From: Ginkgo biloba | Taxonomy: Eukaryota; Plantae; Ginkgophyta | Direction: 5' to 3' | Assembly: GCA_024626585.2 (NCBI GenBank) | Contig: JANKJI020000004.1 | Span: 11,051,315-11,076,725 of the forward strand | Length of the DNA: 25,411 nucleotides | Shown: one piece after another, positions 1 to 10,224 of the stretch | How positions within the stretch are numbered: position 1 is the first letter of the stretch | Layout of the letters: every line of letters starts with the position of its first letter | Notes under the pieces: model-generated | The model's database searches: none | Told to the model about the DNA's origin: nothing | What the model saw: the letters and a program-made list of their open reading frames with translations, nothing else | Made by a program: the position numbers and the translations under genes

Positions 1-577
1 GTGCGATACATAATAATATTTAATTTGTTAAGAGGGAAAACATCATTATTCGAACATTATAATGGCCTTCCTTACAAAATATTTGGACACAAAACAGAGC
101 CGTCGAAAATCTCAAGAAGAAGAGAGCCTATGTAATTATAGAATGAGCTATTAGATAAAGCATGTGCCAGTGTAGAAAAAATATTGACGGATACTAATAT
201 GGAAAAGAATTAACCCGACATAAGGAAGAGACAGAAATAAGAGACAAAATAGTTAGAATAGATAGATTATATCTGATAATCTGTGTATTTAGAATAGTTA
301 CAACTTTTAATAAAAGTGATCATATTAGTTAGACTTATTATAAGTACTCAAATGAATATTACTGATATGTATTTTTATTCTGATAAATGTAATTCTCTGG
401 TATATTTTATCCTCTAAATTAAAATTATACTAAATATAATTATTTTAAAGTAACTATGAAGAATTATATTAGATATCTATGCATGGACATCTTTTATTGG
501 GCTTTCCAAGGCACATGTTTATATAACTTTAATCTACTTATCCCTTTGACTAAATTAACTAATAACTTTTTCTCTTA

Positions 578-1134
578 TGTCATGGGTGAAATGGCATTAA
601 CAACACATCTCAAAAGTTCACCTTTGATAAATTTTAAATACTAATGTTCAAAGATCACCTAAGATTACTTATCAAGAACATAAGGTATATAGATAATTTG
701 AGAGACATCTTCCTTGATGCTTTTAGTAGTGATTTGAAATTATTAAAGTAATAGTGCTATTAATTCATTTAAGAGTAACAAGGTTCTAATGGCTTATTAA
801 AAAAGTTTATATGTGAACAATGAGAGGGAGAAAATTATCCTTTTATATAGGAGAAGAATTGTTTAACAATGATATCTTTCAATAAATAATATTCACATGT
901 TATTATAGATTTTAACTTATAATTGTGAATGGAGGCTAAAACTAAATTGTGAATGGAGGCACCCTTAATTGGAACACCTCCCTAGGTAATATCTTGTTAC
1001 CTTTCTTTCTCTAAATAACCTCTTGTGGAGCATTGACCAATAACTGCAAAATGCATGCTCTTTCCTACAAAGATACCTTTGGCTCTAAAATGATTAACAA
1101 GGCATTATTAAGAAGGCTTTTTTAGGTTGTAACA
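578..1134 (-). mobile_element. Probable 3' LTR of a Ty3/Gypsy retrotransposon
   Basis: On the minus strand TGTTACA (1134-1128) directly follows a polypurine tract. A TATA-like CCTATATAAAAGG (minus strand, ~839-851) is followed by a CT-rich tract. The candidate end ...CCCATGACA at 578 is uncertain. Confidence 0.55.
921..960. repeat. Direct repeat AATTGTGAATGGAGGC x2 (period 24) inside the LTR
   Basis: Exact 16-mer at 921-936 and 945-960. Confidence 0.9.
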
Positions 1135-1198
1135 TCTCTCCCCACCCTAGAGAGATCATTGTCCCCAATGAGACCAACCTCTTTACAAAAGGATGTAG
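1135..1198 (-). mobile_element. Polypurine tract and extreme 3' end of Gypsy pol
   Basis: Minus strand reads ATTGGGGACAATGATCTCTCT-AGGGTGGGGAGAGA-TGTTACA. The PPT is 1135-1148. The translation IGDNDLSRVGRDVT resembles the LEDKxxxxGGGxV tail with which chromoviral pol ORFs run into the 3' LTR. Truncated by an N gap. Confidence 0.65.
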
Positions 1199-2110
1199 NN
1201 NNNNNNNNNNNNNNNNNNNNNNNNNNNNNNNNNNNNNNNNNNNNNNNNNNNNNNNNNNNNNNNNNNNNNNNNNNNNNNNNNNNNNNNNNNNNNNNNNNTA
1301 TAAAGCATGCCCAGACTCAACAACATGGAATGAATAAATAGGCTATGTTTATTCCCTGAACATTGACCAAGTTTATTTGTTTGGGAAAGTGACAACTTGA
1401 AACTCATGTTGCTAATACAGTTAGATAGAGATATAATTGCTTGGTTTTAGAAGATTGTGTTTTGACCTAAGTTATAATTCTTCTTTCTCTATATCATGTG
1501 GTTTGAGACAACCGATCATCATAGCTTCTTTTATGCTCTCAGATTGTTTAATTCCTTGATCTAGCATAGATGCAGGCTTGCAAAGTCATATCTACTTCAC
1601 TTTTTAAAACAAAACTTAAAATACAAAAAGTTATTGATTGCAAAAGAGCTGAGAGATCCTAAGAAGAATCTAGTAGTGTCTTATCAACTAGGAAGCCGTA
1701 TGTTTTTGTCATCCAGTAACCTACTAATTACAAATATTGCTACAAGAGTGGGTCTTGTAACCATCAAGGTGGGTTTGCCATAAAATTAACTATCCTATGT
1801 AACTAAGCATTCTTACAGTGGAAAACATATCGAAATCATCCTCAAGCAATGCATCCTTCAAATTTAAATGGAATGTGACATTTTATAGAATTGCCTCAAG
1901 AAAGAACTGTATAATTCAATTAGATAATATTTTATGCTGTAATCTTTTTATATGTTGTGGTGATTGGTTTTAAAAATTGTAATTAACAAGAAGTGATTGA
2001 TTGGTGTTTTTTTTCATTGGCATATGAGATTTTCATGGTGGAGTTGAAATATTAATTGAACATTATAGAACCTTCTCGATACAAAAAATATGTCTACAAG
2101 AATAACATGG

Positions 2111-2504
2111 TGTTAGTAGCAATTGTAATGTAATATTTGTTCAATTGACTTGACTTGCCCAAAGTTCATGACTTGCACAAGTATAGGACTTGCACCAACT
2201 ACGACTTGCACACACCCAGAACTTGCTCCAGTTAGTTAGAAGTTGGGAAGTCACTAATAGATGTAACTACATGTGGAAATTGGAAGGTGGTACCCTTTTC
2301 CCATATAAGGACCCCTCCAATTTGTTAGACACTTGTNNNNNNNTTTGAGCCTATGCCACAATTGTCATCTATGTACGTCATGATAACTTGCATTAAATGA
2401 TCATTGTTCCCTACATTCCTCTTTTTGTATATCTCTTCTGCTATTCCTTTCTCTCAAGCTATATCTAAACCTATAACTTAGATTTAGCAATTTTGAGACT
2501 AACA
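2111..2504 (+). repeat. 5' LTR
   Basis: Starts TGTTAGT (2111) and ends ACTAACA (2504), a 7-bp terminal inverted repeat with TG...CA ends. TATA-like CATATAAGG at ~2302. Followed after 2 nt by a PBS-like motif. Confidence 0.7.
2147..2228 (+). repeat. GACTTGC(AC) tandem motif, ~17-bp period, in LTR U3
   Basis: Motif at 2152, 2170, 2187, 2203 and 2220 (AACTTGC), plus a partial copy at 2147. Confidence 0.85.
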
Positions 2505-2506
2505 TC

Positions 2507-2517
2507 TGGTGCCATTG
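2507..2517 (+). promoter_or_regulatory. Decayed primer-binding site, probably tRNA-Asp type
   Basis: TGGTGCCATTG lies 2 nt after the LTR end. It differs from the Athila-type PBS TGGCGCCGTTG only by two transitions at CpG sites. Confidence 0.7.
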
Positions 2518-3389
2518 ATAGTTCAGAATAGCATGGACTATTCTAGTCCCCTATGGTGAAAACATTTGGTATTAGGACTTGGAACTAAGACAAGGCACTN
2601 NNNNNNNNNNNNNNNNNNNNNNNNNNNNNNNNNNNNNNNNNNNNNNNCCCCATTATGGCAATAATTGCTACTAGGAAGAGGAAGCAATCATTGCATGGAA
2701 CAAGTGGTGCATGTCTATTTCCTTAAGGAAGTAGAAGATACACATGTTCCAATTGAAGTACTAGAAGACCATTTCTATGCCAATGAGGACATGGAGTGAT
2801 TATTTTATATTGTTCCATCTCTAATTTGTGAATTCCTTACCCATCACAAATAATTAAGGGGGGGGGGGGAGATAGTTACGGCATGAGTTGACCTCCTTGA
2901 TTTGATGCCCTGATTGTCTACTCAAGATGGGAAGAAACCACTATGGCATTTTTCTTGTGTTGTGACCCAAAAGTTAGGAGTATCCAATTCCAAATTTTAA
3001 TTATAATATGATGAGGAGAGTGTTGATCCTTTTATGGAAGATGTCAAACAAAATCTTGCATGCCTAAGTTTAGAGGATGAGACATTGGAATTGGATGATA
3101 TCACAAGCAGTGTAATCTAGTCGAAGAAACTTGCAAAGGGGAAGCTAAGGTCAAGGGGGAAATTGTGGAAAGAGCCCTATTTGGTAAAGTCTACTAGTGG
3201 ATAAGGTCATAGTTATGGCCTAAGGAGACGACGAAGAATTGTTAGGACAAAACAAATGAAGCAATGGTCATCATCAAGGAAGGTGAAAGATTGGTACAAT
3301 TCTTATATCATCACCAATCAGGTTGGTTGAAAGATAATGGTTGTTGACCTTAGCAAGAGAGATAAAGGAGGTATCACAAATCATTGTAA

Positions 3390-4340
3390 TATTTGTGAAA
3401 CAATATGTGTAGAAAATGGCATTGAAGCAATTGAGTAGCTATGAGCATTCCTAGCCATATTGAAGGGGAAGCAAATGATTAGTACAAGGAGTTGCAAAGG
3501 GAATTTCACCACCCAATAGCCTTGCAACAAGCATTGGTGAAGGAATTGTAGTTGTTGTGGGATGATAACAAAGTGATGGATCAAATTTATAATTTGTGAC
3601 AAGATCGTAAACAAACTATGAGGGAATTTAATAATAAATTGAAATCCCTAATGAAAAGGATGTCGAATGTTACCCACAAACTTAAGAAATGTTAGTTTAT
3701 GAAGGTTTGTTGTTGAAGTATCAAAAAACGTTTAAAGTGGTTCCTGCAACTACATATGAGGAGTCACTCAATCAAGCATTAATCTTGGAAATGGAATATC
3801 AGATGAAGAAATAAAATCGGGTTAGGTCCAAGAATGATGGGGAGGAGAGTACTTTGGCAGTTGAAGCACTATAGGAAGACATGACAAAACTTATGCAGGA
3901 GGTTGTGAAAAATCCAAAGGAAAATAAGTAAGTATGGTGCCCAAAATGAAGATAAGAAGGGAACTCAAAGCATGAATGTTTTGAGAAATGAAGTATTGTG
4001 ATATTTGTAATGTGAATTTTTTTATTGATTAATGCACATATAATTCATGGAACTCTAGGACAACACAAGATGATCGCATTTATATAGAAGATGATGAGGC
4101 AATATGTCTGGATGGAAGGATGGTGGCAATCAATGAGGGACTCTCCACAGTATTGGCTACATAAATTTTCAACCTAATCATGGACTATTGGTGTAGTTTG
4201 ACAAATATCATCATCCCCTACTTCAATATTGTCATTGATTAAAATGAAGGCATTTCAATAAGGATTGTATAGAACCTCTAAGAAGTTTGATGATGTGTTT
4301 TAAATGAAAACCTAGAGACCACTCTGATCAAACTTGTCTA
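3390..4340 (+). pseudogene. gag: Gypsy gag remnant (capsid plus four decayed zinc knuckles)
   Basis: Translates to CETICVENGI...AFLAILKGK, QTMREFNNKLKSLMKR...VVPATTYEESLNQALILEME, then CX2CX3-4HX4C-spaced motifs at ~3938, 3997, 4227 and 4295. Confidence 0.75.
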
Positions 4341-4869
4341 AAACAAAAAGGGTTCAATTTGATTTGTGAGGATTATTCTAATGATGTATCCACTTTTAAA
4401 TTGTAAATGTAAAGTATGGCCAAAAAGACGTATGCAAAGCTAGACATTGAGAAAGAGCATCTGAAGGTGACCTAGTAATTGGTTTGAAAAAGCCCCCACA
4501 AAATAAATCAATTGTGTGTATTGTACTGGATAAAGAATGGGTAAGTGATATGGAACACATGTTCCATATTTGAATGATTTGATCCCTCAACTCGTTAAGC
4601 AACTTCTTCAATTGGATATACTTGTGAAATTGGCCACACTATTGCCTATATTTTGAAAGTGGCATTAAAATGGCTCAACAAGCCTAGAAGGGATGGGAGT
4701 AACCCTGAAATTTGCATTCCCTGCAAGTGCCTGAATAGTAGAAGAGTGAATGGAAGCCAAGAAGCCCATTGAAGAGGATGTTTATGTGGACAATGTACAA
4801 TAAGGTACTTTGTAGAAAATTAATCATGATTAATCCATTGTTATTGCTATCATTGTTCACACAAAAAAT

Positions 4870-5135
4870 TACACCATACTGTTGTAGATGGAGGGTCCAG
4901 TGTAAACATCATTTCAAGGAATTTTGACAACAATTGGGAGATCCTAACCTTTGGAAACCACATTTTCGTCTACATATGGAGTATCAAAGTTGGGTAGTCC
5001 CAAAGGTACTACTGATAGCTCATGAGGTTCGAATTGCATGTCAAACATTCCAAATTTATTTTATGGTCATATATATCACTCTAGGAGTAGTCACATGTGC
5101 AAGATTGCTTAGGCAACCTTGGTTGAGAGATGCCT
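4870..5135 (+). pseudogene. Retroviral-type aspartic protease remnant
   Basis: Catalytic motif VVDGGSSVNII at ~4881-4913 and downstream LLRQPWLRDA (consensus LLGRPWL). Confidence 0.85.
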
Positions 5136-5934
5136 ATATCATACAATATTGGATCAAAATATCGTTCCTATCAAGAAGGACAGGAAGTGGTTCTACAATG
5201 ATTTGATCTAGAATAAATCAATGAGGAAATTGCATAATCTAATTTAGACTCCANNNNNNNNNNNNNNNNNNNNNNNNNNNNNNNNNNNNNNNNNNNNNNN
5301 NNNNNNNNNNNNNNNNNNNNNNNNNNNNNNNNNNNNNNNNNNNNNNNNNNNNNTTTTATTTTTAATATATTATAATATAATATTCACTTAATAAAAATTC
5401 TATGTTTGAAAAGAATATTCTAAGATAAGTTTAAGAAAGTAATTCTACCTATAAAATGATGAAAATTCTAATATGGAGCACCTTGATATTTTGGATGGAG
5501 AAAGTGAGGATGGAAGGAAAAATCCCTCTAGTGACGAAGTGAAATGTTGGATCCATATCCTAATAGATGGTGGAGCACAAGGTTTTCTCACCATCTTGTC
5601 TTTTTTCATAGTGTCAAGAATTAACCAAGGACAATGTGATTTGTATATGAGTACAAGAGGAGGGTAGACAATCACTACAAGAGATAAAGGTGACCATAAT
5701 TCAAAATGAAATTGAAGATGATGGTAATACTTTTCCTTGATTTTCAAAATTTCAAGTTGGTGAGATTCCTTTGATCTTGAAGCTTGCAAATTCAATTGCA
5801 TCATTGCAAGACAATTGTTAGGAAGGAATTATAACCATAGAGGTGAATCGAGGAGATGAGGGCCATCCATAGAATCTAATTATAGTACTACTTGTTATCT
5901 GCATTTATCAAGTTGCCATTCAAAACTTATAGAA

Positions 5935-6412
5935 ATAGAAAGATGCCTTTGCATGGACATACTTAGAATTGGGATCATTGTAGTGAGAATATAAAGGCAT
6001 ACCAAAAGAGCTTTGTGATCACTTCATTGACCTATTACTTGATGCCAAGCTTGACCAATGAAGACGTTATCTAACTAATCCCTAATTTGTTGTTCAAATA
6101 GAAGCAAAGATTGATCAGATGTTGAATGTAGGGATTATTTTCAAGGTGAACATAANNNNNNNNNNNNNNNNNNNNNNTATTGTCTTTTTTTTTAATAATA
6201 ATGGAAAGATTCGAGTATGCATGGACTTTCGAAAGTTGAATATCATCAACAAGAAAGATCCCTTCCCATTATGCTCCATGCAAAATATTCTTGAAGAAGT
6301 GGAAGGGCATGATATTTATTCGTTTATGGATGGATTTTCTAGCTATAATTAAATTGATATTGAGGAAGAGAATCATATAAAGGCCACTTTTACAATGGAA
6401 TTTGGAATTTAT
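5935..6412 (+). pseudogene. Gypsy reverse transcriptase, N-terminal half (Athila/Tat-type)
   Basis: DAFAWTY...KGIPKELCDH..., GKIRVCMDFRKLN, KKDPFPL, YSFMDGFSSYN*I, KATFTMEFGIY. Confidence 0.92.
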
Positions 6413-6519
6413 CNNNNNNNNNNNNNNNNNNNNNNNNNNNNNNNNNNNNNNNNNNNNNNNNNNNNNNNNNNNNNNNNNNNNNNNNNNNNNNNNNNNNNNN
6501 NNNNNNNNNNNNNCCCCCT

Positions 6520-6745
6520 TACTTTGAGCCTCCTAAATTCGAGAAGTATAAAGGGAAGGGCGATCAGAAAGAACATGTTAAAGATTTTTTAATGACTTGT
6601 CAAGAAGTCGCGTATAGCGACAATTACCTAATCAGATTATTCCCTCGTAGCCTAGGGGGTTAAGCGCTAGAGTGGTTTCTACATCTCCCAAAGGGATCCC
6701 TTATAATTTTTTTCGACCTATTTGAAAAAATTTTGAGACACTAAC
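6520..6745 (+). pseudogene. gag: gag fragment of a different Gypsy element (Tat/Ogre-like)
   Basis: FEPPKFEKYKGKGDQKEHVKDF/MTCQEVAYSDNYLIRLFPRSLGG*ALEWFLHLPKGS matches the retrotransposon gag pattern PxFxxYxGxxDP..H...LF..SL.G.A..W. Confidence 0.85.
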
Positions 6746-6848
6746 CAAAAGTTAATTTTACAAGAGGATTATTTCTTTTCCAAGGTCCTTTTCTAGTATT
6801 GTTTTTATACGCTCAATGTGAACCATAGTTCAAACTGTCTTCTTGTAG

Positions 6849-7326
6849 TTCTCTTGAGCCCCAAGTTCGGATTGAAGAGCTAGAAAGGGCACATGCAAAC
6901 CTACAAGCACGGTTGAAATCTGCAGAGGATGATATAATAAGGATTATAAGTGAAAGAAATCTTCTCATACAACTCAATAATTCATTGTATGCAGGTCTAA
7001 ATAGGTAGAAGCATTTAGCCATCAAGACACGTCTTTCCTTTTTTTTCTTCCTTCCTTTATTCTTCCCTTTTTTATTTGTATAGGAAATGATTGGGGTGTG
7101 GCTTGTTCCTTACTTACTCATTGAGGATTTTTCTTAGAACCTTTAATTTCATTTGGTCTTATCTTGTTCTAAAAAATAATGTTGTTGCAGTGCAGCGGTT
7201 CCATTTCCTGAACATGTTTGCCAACCTAGAAATACAAATATTGAACAACTTCAAAGGAGAACATGTCAATGTTTCTTGAGTGGAAAAGATGAAAAATCTA
7301 GAGATGGCACTGCAATTAAATCAATG
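6849..7326 (+). pseudogene. Possible two-exon remnant encoding a coiled-coil protein
   Basis: TTGTAG| exon 6849-6994 (SLEPQVRIEELERAHANLQARLKSAEDDIIRIISERNLLIQLNNSLYA) |GT...TTGCAG| exon 7191-7326. The exons join in frame with one internal TGA, and the intron is pyrimidine-rich. Confidence 0.35.
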
Positions 7327-8689
7327 GTAGTTATATCCTAAGCATTGTTATTACTTTTATTGACAGAACTTATATTTAGTAGCACCATGATGTTTTCTAT
7401 CCCTTAATTTTATAAAAGCATCCTAGAGTAGAACATATTGTTTTGGTACCATCCATAATTAAATCAAACTTCTTTGAATGGTCAAAAAATTAAAGAGTTA
7501 CTAAATTGATAGTGTGCAAAGGGTTAAACATTGTGTATAGGAACCATAGTTCCACTAAAATTTGTTTTGATTCAATGAAATGTAGAAACCACTAAAATGA
7601 GTTTCATTTCATAAAAAATTCTAGGAAACTTTGATCTAATTTAGCATTGTCTCATGTCAATCTAATCAATATTTTAACCCATCAAATTTAACCTCAAAAC
7701 TATATGACTTAATGGTAAGATTATCTATACCCCAACTACATTGGAATAATTAATATTTAAAAATTAAGCATGTTCAAGCATGTGTTAACTACTTCAAACA
7801 TGTCGNNNNNNNNNNAAATAATGAATCGATAGTCTCTTTGCCAGGTTTCAGGTTTCACCAAGGGCCTGGACCTCATCTTCCTTGTCAATCAAGTTGCTCA
7901 GGAAGCACTAGATTCTTCCTCATTTTGGCCCACCTGTCCAGATAGGAGTTGTTGCTCCTTACGAACTCATACAATCGATGCCATAAATATGGTTAACTCT
8001 ATCATCGAATAAATAGGTAAATGTGTGATGATTTGACACTAGATATTTGGAGGTGTGAAAAAAGTTGTTGTGGGAAGCAGAGAAACCATGAAAATGGTGA
8101 CAATTCAAGCTGTACCAATTCCACACTTGTGCAACATAAGAACTCAACAATTACTGACTAAGCATTAGTATCACACATACAAGTCTATTAGGGTTTAGTT
8201 TTAGATTCCCTAATGGATTTGGGTGTAAGCCTACAAGTGTTGGGAATAAGGACCATGAATAGGTAAAACTCTTCTAGAACAAGGCATAAGGTTAACTCTT
8301 GCAAATTCGTGCACATGATTGTGAGTCAAACTCATTGTAAAATTTCCTCTGGTTGAAAGGTACAAAAAAGTGGTGTAATGCAAGTTGCCTCAACTTCTCT
8401 GTGTGAAAAATGGACAGTGCCCAGANNNNNNNNNNNNNNNNNNNNNNNNNNNNNNNNNNNNNNNNNNNNNNNNNNNNNNNNNNNNNNNNNNNNNNNNNNN
8501 NNNNNNNNNNNNNNNNNNNNNNNNNACATTATATACAAAAATATTGCATATACAGTAAGGATGAATTGCCTACCTTCAAATAGGGGACCTACTTAGTGAA
8601 TCCGGAGAATCTAGAGGTGCCAAAAGGCTCCTTGGGCCAAAATGTCTCAATTCCTCCTTTTGGAATGCAACGCTCCACTTGTAGAATTT

Positions 8690-8842
8690 GGATGCAATTA
8701 TAGTGCAAAACCAATTGCTAATGCACAGTTGTAGTAAAAAACCAAACCATAATGCAAAGTGATAATTCAAAATCAATCCTTAATGCACAATTGTAATGTA
8801 GAATCCATGGATAATGCATAATAGTAGTGCAAAACTAGCCAC
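8690..8842. repeat. Degenerate 31-bp minisatellite, ~5 units
   Basis: TAATGCA recurs at 8719, 8750, 8781 and 8812. Consensus is approximately TAATGCACARTTGTARTGCAAAAYCAAnnnn, with a shorter unit at ~8690. Confidence 0.85.
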
Positions 8843-9529
8843 CAGGGTAACAAAAAGTGCTACAACTTATTTTAGAGTTTCATTGGGCCCCATAGGTTCT
8901 TCTCAACCCATCCTAACACCTTGATTGAGGTTGGCTTCCCTTGTAGAAGATATCTAAGCAATCTTTGGGAAAAACTCCTTTGGAAACCCATCACAAATGT
9001 AAGAAATCAAGATCAACTATGCAGAAAGTAGCTAGTGCCTGAAAATAATGACTTTCCTTAGTGCACTCAAGTAGCTAGAACATAGTAAAGGTGCCTTCAA
9101 ATGAAGATGCCCTTAGTATGAGATCACAATGATGAAGAGAGAAGATGATTCAAGGTTACCTAAGCCTACATAAATNNNNNNNNNNNNNNNNNNNNNNNNN
9201 NNNNNNNNNNNNNNNNNNNNNNNNNNNNNNNNNNNNNNNNNNNNNNNNNNNNNNNNNNNNNNNNNNTAATTACTCTTTGTAGGGAGGTGGCCTTGGCTAA
9301 AATGACCTCTTCGACTTTGCTTTCACAATTTTCTCTCTCCTATGCACCTCGACATGGGGTTTAGTCATCATGCGATTGGTCCCCATCATTAAGCTTAAGT
9401 TTAATAATGTCCCTCAAGGATGAATTTAAAGCACTTCTCAATGCTTTTCTTGACCCACTCTTCAAGGCATAATTCATAAGAGTTTGATTTGTAACGTGAT
9501 CTGACCTCAATCTGGCTTCACACTTATCT

Positions 9530-9917
9530 TGTAACATACACCCTTACTAAAAATTGCAAAACAAGATACTTTAGGTCTACAAATATGTATCATCATGTAT
9601 AAATGAGTGAGGTGATTTTAGTTGTATTCAAAAATGAAAAATAACCATACATATGCAGTGCAATGGAAACCCATATAACATAGATATTTAAACTTGTTAA
9701 TCTATGGTCACAGTGAACAAATTGCATTAATTTATAGGTTTTCAACAAAAGCACTATTTGACCAAGGTTGACTTGTAGTAAAGACTTTATCTTTTGCTAT
9801 TGGCCATGAGAATTGTCTATTGGGTTTCATTATACAAGCAACCAAACCTCTGGTGCATATATACTAATCATCAACACATAGTAGCAATTATTAGTCTGCT
9901 AGACTCCACCCCATAAC
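9530..9917 (-). mobile_element. LTR (3' or solo) of the same family as the 10018-10188 LTR, in opposite orientation
   Basis: 9530-9698 aligns to the reverse complement of 10018-10188 (TGTAACA...CCCTTA...AGTGCARTGGAAACCCATA...TTTAAAC). TATA-like CCTATAAA on minus at ~9731-9738. No PBS beyond 9530. Confidence 0.75.
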
Positions 9918-10189
9918 NNNNNNNNNNNNNNNNNNNNNNNNNNNNNNNNNNNNNNNNNNNNNNNNNNNNNNNNNNNNNNNNNNNNNNNNNNNNNNNNNNN
10001 NNNNNNNNNNNNNNNNNTACATGTTTAAACATCCACAATGTATGGGTTTCCACTGCACTATTCATTTATAATTATTTTTCGTTTTGAATGAATGACTAAA
10101 GTTGCCTTACTCTCTTATGCATTATTATATATTTTCACAGAGCTAATTAACTTGTATTGTAGGTTTTTATTAAGGGAAGTTTGTTACAT

Positions 10190-10201
10190 TGGTATCAGAG
10201 C
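10190..10201 (+). promoter_or_regulatory. Primer-binding site, tRNA-iMet
   Basis: Perfect TGGTATCAGAGC one base after the LTR-terminal TGTTACA. Confidence 0.93.
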
Positions 10202-10224
10202 TTGCAGGGAATGTGATTCCAAGC

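Larger units (their letters stand above)
2111..6412 (+). mobile_element. Degenerate Ty3/Gypsy LTR retrotransposon, non-chromoviral Athila/Tat-type, 5' part
   Basis: Collinear LTR, PBS, gag, protease and RT remnants on +, with many stops and frameshifts. It spans several N gaps and ends at a gap within RT. Confidence 0.85.

Noticed and set aside
1330-1600. Possible L1 zf-RVT remnant (FETTDH-like)
   Set aside because: The cysteines and flanking motifs cannot be recovered, so it is too decayed to call.
2858-2869. G12 run as a PPT or G-quadruplex
   Set aside because: It lies between the PBS and gag, is not followed by a clean TG LTR start, and is best read as a homopolymer expansion.
3135-3225. 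GKLRSRGKLWKEPYLV resembling an integrase GPY/F motif
   Set aside because: It sits upstream of the gag capsid with no integrase core nearby, and the match is short.
8690-8842. Regularly spaced repeat resembling a CRISPR array
   Set aside because: Units are contiguous degenerate tandem copies without unique spacers, the context is eukaryotic, and there are no cas genes.
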